Virus record (IMG/VR): IMGVR_UViG_3300014720_000002
From: a virus
Reading direction: 5' to 3' (one strand)
DNA: 64,000 nucleotides
The notes under the pieces are model-generated. The model had not been told where the DNA came from and did no database searches. It was given only the letters and a program-made list of their open reading frames with translations. Below, piece after piece: positions 1-8,713 of the stretch; the first letter of the stretch is position 1; every line of letters starts with the position of its first letter. The position numbers and the translations under genes are program-made.

Positions 1-123
1 CCGCAGGCGGCTCCCCAGCCGGCTCCTCCGGTGATGGCCGCGCCTCCGGCGCAGCAGTTCGTTCCTCCGCCGCAGGCGGCTCCCCAGCCGGCTCCTCCGG
101 TGATGGCCGCGCCTCCGGCGCAG
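1..123 (+). repeat. 69-bp period tandem repeat in coding sequence
   Basis: Bases 1-54 are identical to 70-123 (encoding PQAAPQPAPPVMAAPPAQ twice). Confidence 0.95.
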
Positions 124-264
124 GTTTCAGCCACAGCCTCGTTGCAGCCGCATGAGGCGGCACGCGTGGTTGAGTTGCAGCAGAAGTTCTCGGCCGATCC
201 GAAGTCGCTGACGCCTGCTGAGATGCAGGAGTTCGTGGCGCTCAGTTCTCGGCCGCGCGCGTGA
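1..264 (+). CDS. 3' end of a gene that begins before the window; Pro/Ala/Gln-rich linker plus short C-terminal helical domain
   Basis: Open frame from base 1 to TGA at 262-264; contains a 69-bp tandem repeat. Confidence 0.7.
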   Translation, partial: PQAAPQPAPPVMAAPPAQQFVPPPQAAPQPAPPVMAAPPAQVSATASLQPHEAARVVELQQKFSADPKSLTPAEMQEFVALSSRPRA

Positions 265-278
265 TGGTGGTCTAACCT

Positions 279-312
279 GGGGCCTGGGAGGCGGTCCTCC
301 CAGGCCCCGTTT
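279..312 (+). terminator. Intrinsic terminator-like hairpin
   Basis: 13-bp perfect stem ggggcctgggagg / cctcccaggcccc, 4-nt loop, followed by gttt. Confidence 0.65.
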
Positions 313-326
313 GGCGGTGCTTCTCT

Positions 327-1646
327 ATGTCGAAAAAAGGCACATCAAAAGCGTCCGGCGAGGCGCCGTTCAGCATTCTGGCCCGCGGCCCAAAGATGGT
401 TGCGGCAGTGCGCGAGAGTTTGTCCAAGGTCGAGGCCACCGCACGTCGGTCGCATTTCACACTTGGTCCGGATGAGCGGTTGTTGATTCCAACGCCGGAG
501 TTCCTGCTGCAGACAGCCATGCGCAGCCGTGGCTTCTTCTCGGGCACGCTGCTGGACATACTCGGCGGCGATGGGCTTGGTAAGACCACGCTGGGCTGGA
601 CGATCTTGGGGTGGTTCCTGCGGCACAACTGTCCGGCGTTGCATCTGGAGACGGAAAACAAGCCCATGCTTCCTGGTCGGGTGCAGCAGGCTCTGCACAC
701 CAACCGTGCGCTGGCCGCGCAGATGTATTCGGCGGTTCAGCGTGAGCAGGTGTTCACGATCCGCGACGCGGCGGTCAAGATTCACGAGTGGCTGATGACC
801 ATCCGGAATCCCAAGAGCGGTCCTGAAATCTACTGGCCACCCAACTACCCGGCCATCGTGGTGCTGGACACGTTCTCCAAGCTGCTGGCGCCCACACAGG
901 CCAGCAGCGTCAGCTACTACGCCGGTGAAGGTAAGGCGGAGAACAAGCGCGACTTGGGCGAGGGCAGCAACCAGGAACACGCCAAGCTGTCGCACTGGTG
1001 GTGCCGGGAGCTTCCGACGCTGCTGCGTTGCCACAACGCCTTCCTGGTGACCATCCGTCATCAGAACGAGGATGTGGACATGAGCGGCGGTGGTGGCGGT
1101 TCCTTCATCTCGCCAGAGGTCAAGGCTACCTTCAACCGCAAGTCCATCGGAGGCCAGGCGTTCAACCAGAACGCCGCGTTGCAGTTCATCCTGACCCGCA
1201 AAAACTTCGACGTGCGGCAGATCAATGGTGAGCGCGTCAAGGTGGGCATGAACGTGAAGCTGACGGTGTCGAAGAACTCGTTCGGCCCTCCCGGCGACTG
1301 CATCTACACGCTCACGCTGGTGCCGCAGGGCGATACGGCTGAGATCCAGACGCCGGCCATTTCGTGGGCCAACCAGTTGCCGGAAGTGCTGAGCGATCAG
1401 AAGCTGCTGCCCATCACCATCCGCAACGCGCGTTCGCTGGTGTGCCGTGACTTTGGTCTGGATGAACTCACGCCCGAGCAGTTTCACGGCCTGCTACACA
1501 GCAAGCCGGAGTTGGTGAACAATCTGGCGCTGCGAATGCAGTTGACCGGTTACGGTCCACTGTTCGTGACGCCGGAGATGAATCCTGCGTTTGCGGCGCA
1601 GGCGCAGGATGTGCCTCCTGTCGATGATACCTCGAAAGCTGAGTGA
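327..1646 (+). CDS. recA: RecA/UvsX-like recombinase
   Basis: Walker A GGDGLGKTT, Walker B VVLDTFS, and SIGGQAFNQNAALQF resembling RecA TTGGNALKFYASVRL. Confidence 0.85.
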   Translation: MSKKGTSKASGEAPFSILARGPKMVAAVRESLSKVEATARRSHFTLGPDERLLIPTPEFLLQTAMRSRGFFSGTLLDILGGDGLGKTTLGWTILGWFLRHNCPALHLETENKPMLPGRVQQALHTNRALAAQMYSAVQREQVFTIRDAAVKIHEWLMTIRNPKSGPEIYWPPNYPAIVVLDTFSKLLAPTQASSVSYYAGEGKAENKRDLGEGSNQEHAKLSHWWCRELPTLLRCHNAFLVTIRHQNEDVDMSGGGGGSFISPEVKATFNRKSIGGQAFNQNAALQFILTRKNFDVRQINGERVKVGMNVKLTVSKNSFGPPGDCIYTLTLVPQGDTAEIQTPAISWANQLPEVLSDQKLLPITIRNARSLVCRDFGLDELTPEQFHGLLHSKPELVNNLALRMQLTGYGPLFVTPEMNPAFAAQAQDVPPVDDTSKAE

Positions 1647-1653
1647 GGCCGAA

Positions 1654-2079
1654 GTGCGGCGGTTCATCAAGACCGCCACAGGTGAAGCAGAAGTGCTGCA
1701 GGACGGCAGTCCTGCCGGTATCCCTGCAGTATTGATGTGGCTCGTTGGGTGCGGCCGGCTGGACCTGCCGTTTGATCCTTGGGCTGTGTCGTTGTTGGAG
1801 CAGCGCGTGCCAGTGTTCGCCGAACTGCGGCGACCGCGTTCCTTGCTGTTGAGCAACCTGTATGACAGGGGCGACGAGACCATGGTGGTCGTTGACTCGC
1901 TTTTTTCCGGCAAGGATGCGGTGTTTTTCGTCCGCCGGCTGGAGGATCCGGACATGGTGGATGGATGGACCAGAAAGGCACGCGGGGCTGGTGTGGAAAC
2001 GGTGATCTTGGGAATGAAAGATACTTCCTCGGTGATCGCGTCGTCGTTGTTGGGATTCGTCCGCCCCCGAGAGGGTTGA
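1654..2079 (+). CDS. Hypothetical protein
   Basis: ORF directly after recA; GTG at 1654 with gagg upstream (start uncertain). Confidence 0.5.
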   Translation: MRRFIKTATGEAEVLQDGSPAGIPAVLMWLVGCGRLDLPFDPWAVSLLEQRVPVFAELRRPRSLLLSNLYDRGDETMVVVDSLFSGKDAVFFVRRLEDPDMVDGWTRKARGAGVETVILGMKDTSSVIASSLLGFVRPREG

Positions 2080-2202
2080 CGCATTCCCGGTTGGTTGCTT
2101 TGCGCGCCTGGTTGCAGCGGCAGGCTGCGGCGCGTAAGCAGCAGAAAGTGCGGTCTAAATTGCGGCTCAATCTGCCGCCGGATCGTGCTTCGTTGAACTG
2201 AC

Positions 2203-2646
2203 TTGGTGCTGATGATGCGGAACGTAAGATACCGATTTGTGCTGCGGCAGGATTACGCATCCCGCCAGCTTCGTGCTGGCGATGTCGTGGCCTTGGCTGC
2301 GGGTCAGTTTATCGACCGTTTTCGTAAGTCGGCCCATTATCTGGTGGAAGATCCTGGTGGCGGAGCGGGCTTCATCAATGGGCGCTTTTTGCTGCCGTTG
2401 GAGGACCTGTTCCGCCGCCAGCCACCAACTAACTTCTGGTTCCTCATTCGACAGGCAGAGTTTCTGTCAGGCCGAACCGATGTGTTTCTGTCCGACCCGC
2501 GGACGTTGACTTACGGAGGACTGCCGTTCCGGTTCGAGAGTCTCGGAGAGCTTGTGCATGCCATGCGCGAGCGCTTGCTCAGAGCGGAGGAGCACCTAGT
2601 GTGTTCGGCGGGGCGCATGCGGCATCTGCGGGAGGACTTGTCGTGA
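2203..2646 (+). CDS. Hypothetical protein
   Basis: ORF with stop overlapping the next start (GTGA). Confidence 0.6.
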   Translation: MVLMMRNVRYRFVLRQDYASRQLRAGDVVALAAGQFIDRFRKSAHYLVEDPGGGAGFINGRFLLPLEDLFRRQPPTNFWFLIRQAEFLSGRTDVFLSDPRTLTYGGLPFRFESLGELVHAMRERLLRAEEHLVCSAGRMRHLREDLS

Positions 2647-2879
2647 AATCTGGACGAAACGCCAACATCGCCGCCGCCATGTTTCCTTACCGGGTCCAGC
2701 GGTCGGTTCGTCGGACTTCACACAACCAGTGGCAGTGGACGGTTCTGAACGGCGACGGCCATTTGCTGGGTAGTGGCGTGGTCGGGTCGTCCTCGGCAGC
2801 CCGTGCGGCGCAGGACGACTGCAAGCGCGCGTTTGTGGCCCAGCAGGATCAACGTAGAAAAGAATTTTTGAACGGCTGA
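2643..2879 (+). CDS. Small hypothetical protein
   Basis: GTG overlaps the previous stop; fills the gap to recQ. Confidence 0.55.
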   Translation: MKSGRNANIAAAMFPYRVQRSVRRTSHNQWQWTVLNGDGHLLGSGVVGSSSAARAAQDDCKRAFVAQQDQRRKEFLNG

Positions 2880-2883
2880 ACGA

Positions 2884-4521
2884 ATGAGCGATTGCGACTG
2901 GAATCAGTTTGGACGGGCGATGACGAAGCTGCCAGAAGTGCTGGCACGGTTGGGATTTTCGTCACTACGTGCCGGGCAGGACAAGGCGGTGATGAATTTG
3001 TTCACGCAGCGGGACACGATCTGCATCCTGCCAACTTCCCACGGCAAGTCGGCCATCTACATGATCCCGGCCATGTGCCTGGACTGGCGGGTGCTCATCT
3101 TCAGTCCGCTGGTGGCCTTGATGCAGGATCAGGTGGTCAACCTGCAGAAGCATGGCCTGGCGGCGGGACAGGTCAGTAGCGCACAAACTCAGGCGGAGAA
3201 CAACATGACACTGGCTGCCTGGGAATCGGGCGAGCTTCAGTTTCTGCTGGTGGCGCCTGAACGGATGGACAATGAGCGGTTCAAGCAGGCCGTTGGTGTG
3301 CGCCGTCCCAACATGATCGCGGTGGATGAGGCGCATCTGGTGTCGGAGTGGTCCGACTCATTCCGGCCGGCTTATGCCCGAGTGGGTGACTTCATCCAGG
3401 AGATAAGGCCTGACGTGGTGCTGTGCCTCACTGCGACGGCCACGGAGGAGGTGGAGGGTGACATCCGCCGGGTTATTCATGTGCCGGATGCGCACAAGGT
3501 GGTCTATCTTCCGCCGCGCACCAACTTGCATCTGGCGAGCACTGCGTTCGAGTCGGACGGCCAACTGCTGCGCACGCTGAACGCCATCGAAGGTGCGATG
3601 ATCGTCTATTGCGTCACGCGTGCCCGGACGGAGGAATTGTTCCGGACTTTGAGCGCCTCCATCAAAGGTGGTTGCCTGGTTTATCACGGCGGCATGGACA
3701 CTGACGAGCGTGTCAGCAATCAGAACCTGTTCATGGGAAACCAGATGAGGGTCATGTTTGCCACCAATGCCTTTGGTCTGGGCGTCAACAAGTCCGACAT
3801 CCGCGGCGTGGTGCATCGCGATGCGCCGGCTTCTATTGAGGCGCTGGCTCAGGAGGTCGGTCGTGCTGGTCGTGATGGTCAGGATGCCTGGTGTCGCCTA
3901 TTTCACGACGAGGCGGCATTCCGGACTAATCGGTTCTTGATCGGACAGCGCTATCCGCCACAGCAGGTGGTGGAGGCGGTGTTTCATGGTCTGAATCGTT
4001 TCGCTGAAGCTGGCGGCGTCATCCAGCGGACGGTCAAGGAGTTGGCGGACTCCATGCAGTTAAAGCAGGCGGAGGTAGGGGCTGCTCTGGGCATCCTCAA
4101 ATCGGCCCGGGTGCTGGAGCGCATTGACAACGACAACGACGTGGCCCGGATTGTCCCGCTGCGCGATCATCCGGACGAGGCGTATCAACGGGCGGTCGAT
4201 CTGGCGCGGCAGCATGGCTTCAAGGTGCCTTCCGGTGGCTATGACATCGGTCTCGGCAATCTGCTTTCGCTCACTACGCTACGGAAAGTCACAGCCTTGC
4301 GCACGAAGCTTCGGGAGATGGATCAGACGGGCTACATCCGCTTTACACCGCCTTTCCGAGGGTCTTTGTCCAAGATCATCGGCGACGTGCGGCAGGTGGA
4401 TTTCTCCCGGCTGGCCCGGAAGCGTGCCGAGGCTTTTGGCAAGTTGGATGACGTGCAGGCGTTTATCGACACGCCTGACGCCGACAAGCTGCAGTTCATC
4501 AGCAGTTATTTCGGATCATGA
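2884..4521 (+). CDS. recQ: RecQ-family SF2 DNA helicase
   Basis: Motifs LPTSHGKS, VDEAH, LTATA, ATNAFGLGVNKSDIR, QEVGRAGRDG. Confidence 0.92.
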   Translation: MSDCDWNQFGRAMTKLPEVLARLGFSSLRAGQDKAVMNLFTQRDTICILPTSHGKSAIYMIPAMCLDWRVLIFSPLVALMQDQVVNLQKHGLAAGQVSSAQTQAENNMTLAAWESGELQFLLVAPERMDNERFKQAVGVRRPNMIAVDEAHLVSEWSDSFRPAYARVGDFIQEIRPDVVLCLTATATEEVEGDIRRVIHVPDAHKVVYLPPRTNLHLASTAFESDGQLLRTLNAIEGAMIVYCVTRARTEELFRTLSASIKGGCLVYHGGMDTDERVSNQNLFMGNQMRVMFATNAFGLGVNKSDIRGVVHRDAPASIEALAQEVGRAGRDGQDAWCRLFHDEAAFRTNRFLIGQRYPPQQVVEAVFHGLNRFAEAGGVIQRTVKELADSMQLKQAEVGAALGILKSARVLERIDNDNDVARIVPLRDHPDEAYQRAVDLARQHGFKVPSGGYDIGLGNLLSLTTLRKVTALRTKLREMDQTGYIRFTPPFRGSLSKIIGDVRQVDFSRLARKRAEAFGKLDDVQAFIDTPDADKLQFISSYFGS

Positions 4522-4943
4522 CTCCCGAGGAAGCGCTGGCCCGACTGGGCGACGTGGCACGCCGGCTACCCAAGCCGGTGCTGCCACCGTCTCCGGCGGC
4601 GCTTCCTCCTGGCATGCTGCGTTGCGCGTGCCAAAAGAAATTGATCGGAGTCGATGAGTTGACGCCGTGCGTGTCGCCCGTGCTCGGCTCGGTGTTGGAC
4701 GACATCTGCCGCGACTGTCGCAAGGACACGCAGAAGATGGCCTTGCTGGTGTGCGTCGGCTGCCGGCAGGTGGTGAGCCGGCTGGCTCCTCATCGCGATG
4801 CGTCAGGGTTCACGTTTGAGCCCGGCGGCATCTATCATGTGACAGCCTGCCCGGTGTGCCGGCCGGCTTTGAAGATGGGCGAGCCGTCGTGCCTGGTGGA
4901 GAAAGAGTTATACGATCGCGTCCGCAGGGGCGTGAAGCATTGA
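4518..4943 (+). CDS. Cys-rich putative Zn-binding protein
   Basis: Multiple CxxC/CxC pairs; ATGA-coupled to recQ. Confidence 0.65.
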   Translation: MTPEEALARLGDVARRLPKPVLPPSPAALPPGMLRCACQKKLIGVDELTPCVSPVLGSVLDDICRDCRKDTQKMALLVCVGCRQVVSRLAPHRDASGFTFEPGGIYHVTACPVCRPALKMGEPSCLVEKELYDRVRRGVKH

Positions 4944-4945
4944 GT

Positions 4946-5146
4946 ATGTCCTTTGGAACAATGATCGGATTTGGCCTCGGCTTTGTGGCCGGAGTCTGTG
5001 CTGGTGTGGTGCTGTGCGAGCGTGGCGTGGTCAGCGTCGAAGACATTCGCGAGGCTGCTGATGCCACGGTGACTGGCACGCGCAAGTTGCTCGACCAGAT
5101 TAGGTCGGGCGGAGAAAAGTCGGTGGAACCTGTTACCCAACTATGA
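4946..5146 (+). CDS. Small membrane protein
   Basis: N-terminal hydrophobic Gly-rich helix FGTMIGFGLGFVAGVCAGVVL. Confidence 0.55.
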   Translation: MSFGTMIGFGLGFVAGVCAGVVLCERGVVSVEDIREAADATVTGTRKLLDQIRSGGEKSVEPVTQL

Positions 5147-5715
5147 ACGAAAACATCCCAGATCCGCTGGCTTCGACCAGCGAGCTTGCAACTGTTACTC
5201 CGCGTCCTTCGTCTGAGACGATCAAGGTCGCGGCCTTCAATCCTTCCGAGCTTCCCGAGTTGCGGGACGGCAAGAAGGTTTTCACGGTTAGCGTGGTGAG
5301 TGAGAATTTCACGCCGCGCAGACTGCCCTGCACCGAGCGCGTCTTTGATGACGTGTCCAACGGCCGGCTGGATTTCGACAAGCGGTCGGATTTTCTGCTG
5401 CAGTTGGTGGACGGCGTGGTCACTGAGATCACCCGCATGGACAAACCCTCGACCATGCCTACCTTCACCCGCGCGCCAGACGGCGAGCCCGCCGGCATCG
5501 ACAACAATCTGGTGGTGGTCAAGGTAGCTTCCGACAGCCGTGTTTCGGTGACTTCTCAGCCTCCTCGCATTGCTCCCGGCACGCTCGACACCATCTTGCG
5601 AGGCGTTCGGTCTGGGATCGACACGTTCAAGGCGGGCGACCGTTTCGCTGGTGGGCAGGTGGTTGAGATCCGCAACCAGGCGGGCGGTAACCGGCTGGTG
5701 CTGGTGCGCCCGTAA
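5143..5715 (+). CDS. Hypothetical protein
   Basis: 190-aa ORF, ATGA-coupled. Confidence 0.65.
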   Translation: MNENIPDPLASTSELATVTPRPSSETIKVAAFNPSELPELRDGKKVFTVSVVSENFTPRRLPCTERVFDDVSNGRLDFDKRSDFLLQLVDGVVTEITRMDKPSTMPTFTRAPDGEPAGIDNNLVVVKVASDSRVSVTSQPPRIAPGTLDTILRGVRSGIDTFKAGDRFAGGQVVEIRNQAGGNRLVLVRP

Positions 5716-5773
5716 TCAGGGCTGTTCTTGTGGCATAAATTCATGACCAGGCGGTCGTCTGGTTTTGGAGAAC

Positions 5774-6796
5774 ATGCTTATGAACAACCCAGTGTTTGGT
5801 GAAGGGATCGACGCGCTTCTTGCTGGCGCGTCGATCCCTGACTTAGGTGAGGCGCCTGAGTCGAAATACAGCCGCAAGAAAAAACGCCGTCAGGCGTCGC
5901 CCGTGGAGTCGGCAGGGGTAGAGATCGCAGAGACGGCTGACGACTTGCCTGAAGTTGAGGGCGCATCTCGAATGACCGACGTAGAGTCAATGGACAACGG
6001 TCTTCCACCGCAAGGCGGACAACCTGAGCAGCCCGAGCAGCCGGAACCGGTGCAGCAGCCGTTGGCTGATGTCCCGTTGGAATGGCTGCGAATCACCCTG
6101 TGCGCGTTCGTAGGTCGCAAGGGCAAGCAACAACCGGACGTGCTGTCCTGCGGCACGGTGGCGGCTTGGTCGGATCCGCTGCAGAAGGCGGGCAACGGCT
6201 GGCCGCTGGCGCGTCTGGAGATCGGCATCTGGCGCATGGCCAGGATGGTCGAGGGCGACCAGATGACAGTGCGACCTGTGCTGGAGGAATCGACGGTGCT
6301 GTCGGTGACTGGTGCTCCGTTTGGTTTTGGTGGCGCAGGCACCTGTCAGGTCGAGCCGTCCCGGACGCTTGTGCCGCCGGCGTGGCTCGACATTGCCCAG
6401 TATCCTGTGTGCCTGACCGCACTGGAAAAATCGCAATCTAAGCAGTCGCTGCGGTCCATCTGGCCGTGGTTCTACCTGCTGACCGATGAGGTCAGTTCGC
6501 CCACGCGACAAGTCAGCAAACGTCTGTCCGGCTCGTCGGAGTCGGTGGATTTGGTGCCGGTGCTGCCGGTGGCTATCCTGCCGCGCGCGGCCGGCGATGC
6601 GGAGGCGGTTAGGCTGCGGTCCAGGTTGATGGACCGCGTAGGCTACGCTGCGCTCTACGTTGGATTCGGTGATCAGATGGCTCCCGGCATGTCGCCGGAT
6701 GTGCCGTTGGTGGTGGATCTGGGGTTTGACCAGATGCCAGCCTTGGATGGCTGGATGCAGGATGTGATCGACACGACGTATTCATTCGACGACTGA
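5774..6796 (+). CDS. Hypothetical protein with acidic low-complexity N-terminus
   Basis: Long ORF preceded by ggag. Confidence 0.7.
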   Translation: MLMNNPVFGEGIDALLAGASIPDLGEAPESKYSRKKKRRQASPVESAGVEIAETADDLPEVEGASRMTDVESMDNGLPPQGGQPEQPEQPEPVQQPLADVPLEWLRITLCAFVGRKGKQQPDVLSCGTVAAWSDPLQKAGNGWPLARLEIGIWRMARMVEGDQMTVRPVLEESTVLSVTGAPFGFGGAGTCQVEPSRTLVPPAWLDIAQYPVCLTALEKSQSKQSLRSIWPWFYLLTDEVSSPTRQVSKRLSGSSESVDLVPVLPVAILPRAAGDAEAVRLRSRLMDRVGYAALYVGFGDQMAPGMSPDVPLVVDLGFDQMPALDGWMQDVIDTTYSFDD

Positions 6797-6806
6797 GGTC
6801 GTCTTC

Positions 6807-6832
6807 AAACGGGGCAGGTGCCCCGTTTCTTT
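6807..6832 (+). terminator. Intrinsic terminator-like hairpin
   Basis: aaacggggc-aggt-gccccgttt followed by cttt. Confidence 0.6.
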
Positions 6833-6836
6833 AACT

Positions 6837-7199
6837 ATGCCCAACAATCCAGTTCAGCCTCCGGTTAAGGAGGCGTTTCACAAGGTAGAAGTTCCTCGGT
6901 CGGTGTTCCTCATCGTCACCGACAGCGAAGGGGCTGTGCGTGGTCTGTTCGGCGGTATCAATCCGTTGATGGCGGATCTGCTGCTCAGCACGGACAAGAC
7001 GGACGGGCAGACCCATGTCCAAAAAGTCGAGACGGATTCGCTGGTTATCGCCCTGGGGCAGGACTGCTTCAAGGTCAGCCGAGACTTCATCCTCCATTCC
7101 CGGGCGCTGTTTTTCCCGGCCTTGCGTTGGGACGAGATCGAGGGGCTTGACCGGCGTTTTCCTTCCGGGCTGCTCTACTGGCTGGTCATCTCGTATTGA
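6837..7199 (+). CDS. Hypothetical protein
   Basis: 120-aa ORF. Confidence 0.6.
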   Translation: MPNNPVQPPVKEAFHKVEVPRSVFLIVTDSEGAVRGLFGGINPLMADLLLSTDKTDGQTHVQKVETDSLVIALGQDCFKVSRDFILHSRALFFPALRWDEIEGLDRRFPSGLLYWLVISY

Positions 7200-7229
7200 C
7201 AGGTCTGTTCGGGCTGGTAGGTTTGCGCC

Positions 7230-7454
7230 ATGCCTTATTCCGAAGAACAGATCAAGAAGGCCAGCGGCAAGGCTGCCGTTGGGTTCACCGCTCAAATGCT
7301 CGGTTCCGGTGTCGCTGCGCCCCGCGCCGCCGCCTTGCTCAAGCGTGCGCAGAAGGTCGGCGAAGACACTGCCGCACGTCAGGCCAAGCTCGCCAAGGTC
7401 ATCTTGGACAAGCTGCCGGAGTTGCGTGGCGCTGCCGTCCCTGCCGCAGCCTGA
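7230..7454 (+). CDS. Small Ala/Lys-rich protein with K-x-A motif
   Basis: IKKASGKAA near the N-terminus. Confidence 0.6.
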   Translation: MPYSEEQIKKASGKAAVGFTAQMLGSGVAAPRAAALLKRAQKVGEDTAARQAKLAKVILDKLPELRGAAVPAAA

Positions 7455-7503
7455 GCACTTTGGTAGGTAGTCGTGCCTGGCCAGGGCGCGACAGTGCGCT
7501 GCT

Positions 7504-8130
7504 GTGAAAATCAAGTATCCGTATCAGCAGGCGTTCTCTCAGCGCCTGCGGTTGTTCCTCAACGAGGAACAACTGTCTTCCGTCAGCCTTGCTAAAAGGC
7601 TCAATCTACCGCGTAGCACGGTCGCCAAATGGCTCGCCGACAAGGCCGCCCCGGACAAGGCACGATTGGCCTCGGTCTGTAAGGCACTTGGTCTGGACGT
7701 TCGTGCTTTTGTCGATTCGGCGGCGTTTGATGCCGACCAGTTGCGGGAGCAATCCATGATACGCTCTGCGGTCAAGTATTACGAGGCGGCTTTGGCCAAA
7801 TCGGATCCGGCCATGATCTCGGAGGCGTTAGCACTTGCCGGCGTTGTTACGTTCATCGGGCTTCGTCAGCGCGGGCTACCCAGCGTGCTTGTGGCGGATG
7901 AGGCTGGGGTGACTCAGCTTTCGCTGCGGGGGCGCGACATGACTGATCTCCGTGTGCTGGTGGATCATTCGACGGCCAGCCAGGTCATGTTTTTGCGGGT
8001 GAAGTTTGTGGACGACGTTCCCGGACCTGCGCAGGTTTCGCCATTGACGCCTGTGGGCATTACTGGTCTGGCTGCTTTGCTTCGTGGTTATGCGGCCAAT
8101 CGTCACAATCTTATGAAGCCCCGCACATGA
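7504..8130 (+). CDS. XRE/Cro-C1-type helix-turn-helix protein
   Basis: LSSVSLAKRLNLPRSTVAKWLADKAAP...LASVCKALGL fits the HTH_3 pattern. Confidence 0.8.
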   Translation: MKIKYPYQQAFSQRLRLFLNEEQLSSVSLAKRLNLPRSTVAKWLADKAAPDKARLASVCKALGLDVRAFVDSAAFDADQLREQSMIRSAVKYYEAALAKSDPAMISEALALAGVVTFIGLRQRGLPSVLVADEAGVTQLSLRGRDMTDLRVLVDHSTASQVMFLRVKFVDDVPGPAQVSPLTPVGITGLAALLRGYAANRHNLMKPRT

Positions 8131-8546
8131 ACCTCAGCGATCTGCATGGAACGCCGCCGCCTGCTGTGCTGGCGCAGCGTGCGCGTGTGGCCGCCCTCCG
8201 CAATGGCACGCCGCCAATTTCGTCTCAGCCTTCAGTGTCGCGTGTTTCGTCTGGCGGAGCGTCGGCGATCCCGCCTTCGGCCGAGCGGCCTTGCGCGGTG
8301 CAGTTTGATGCCCCGCTGGACTTTGTTCGGCTGGAGTTTCAGGCCGCGGAGGTGGCCGTTGAAGACACCAGCATAACGGTGCTGTTCCGGCACGATTTCC
8401 GGCTGCACTTGGGTGATCTCAAACCTCGACTGCGTCTGCATATCGACGGCCAGCCCTACGATGCGGCGTATCTTGGTGGCTCGTTCCAGATACCCAGTAT
8501 GGGCTTGCGGGGCATGACGTTTGTGCGCATTCTACCCCAAGAATGA
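8127..8546 (+). CDS. Hypothetical protein
   Basis: ATGA-coupled ORF. Confidence 0.6.
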   Translation: MNLSDLHGTPPPAVLAQRARVAALRNGTPPISSQPSVSRVSSGGASAIPPSAERPCAVQFDAPLDFVRLEFQAAEVAVEDTSITVLFRHDFRLHLGDLKPRLRLHIDGQPYDAAYLGGSFQIPSMGLRGMTFVRILPQE

Positions 8547-8713
8547 CCAAGACAGGAAACCTTGAAACTGGCGTCACGCCCTCTGTCTGCTCTGGCCGTC
8601 CCTGCGACAGGATCGAGGATGGCGAGCCAGTGTGCGAGGGTGAATCGCCTGTTGATCCTGGTCTGAAGAAACTCGCGGCCACGCTGTCTCCCACAGATCC
8701 GGATGGACCCTAG
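8543..8713 (+). CDS. 56-aa Cys-containing protein upstream of the portal (not in the ORF track)
   Basis: MTKTGNLETGVTPSVCSGRPCDRIEDGEPVCEGESPVDPGLKKLAATLSPTDPDGP; ATGA-coupled upstream and overlapping the portal start. Confidence 0.55.
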   Translation: MTKTGNLETGVTPSVCSGRPCDRIEDGEPVCEGESPVDPGLKKLAATLSPTDPDGP

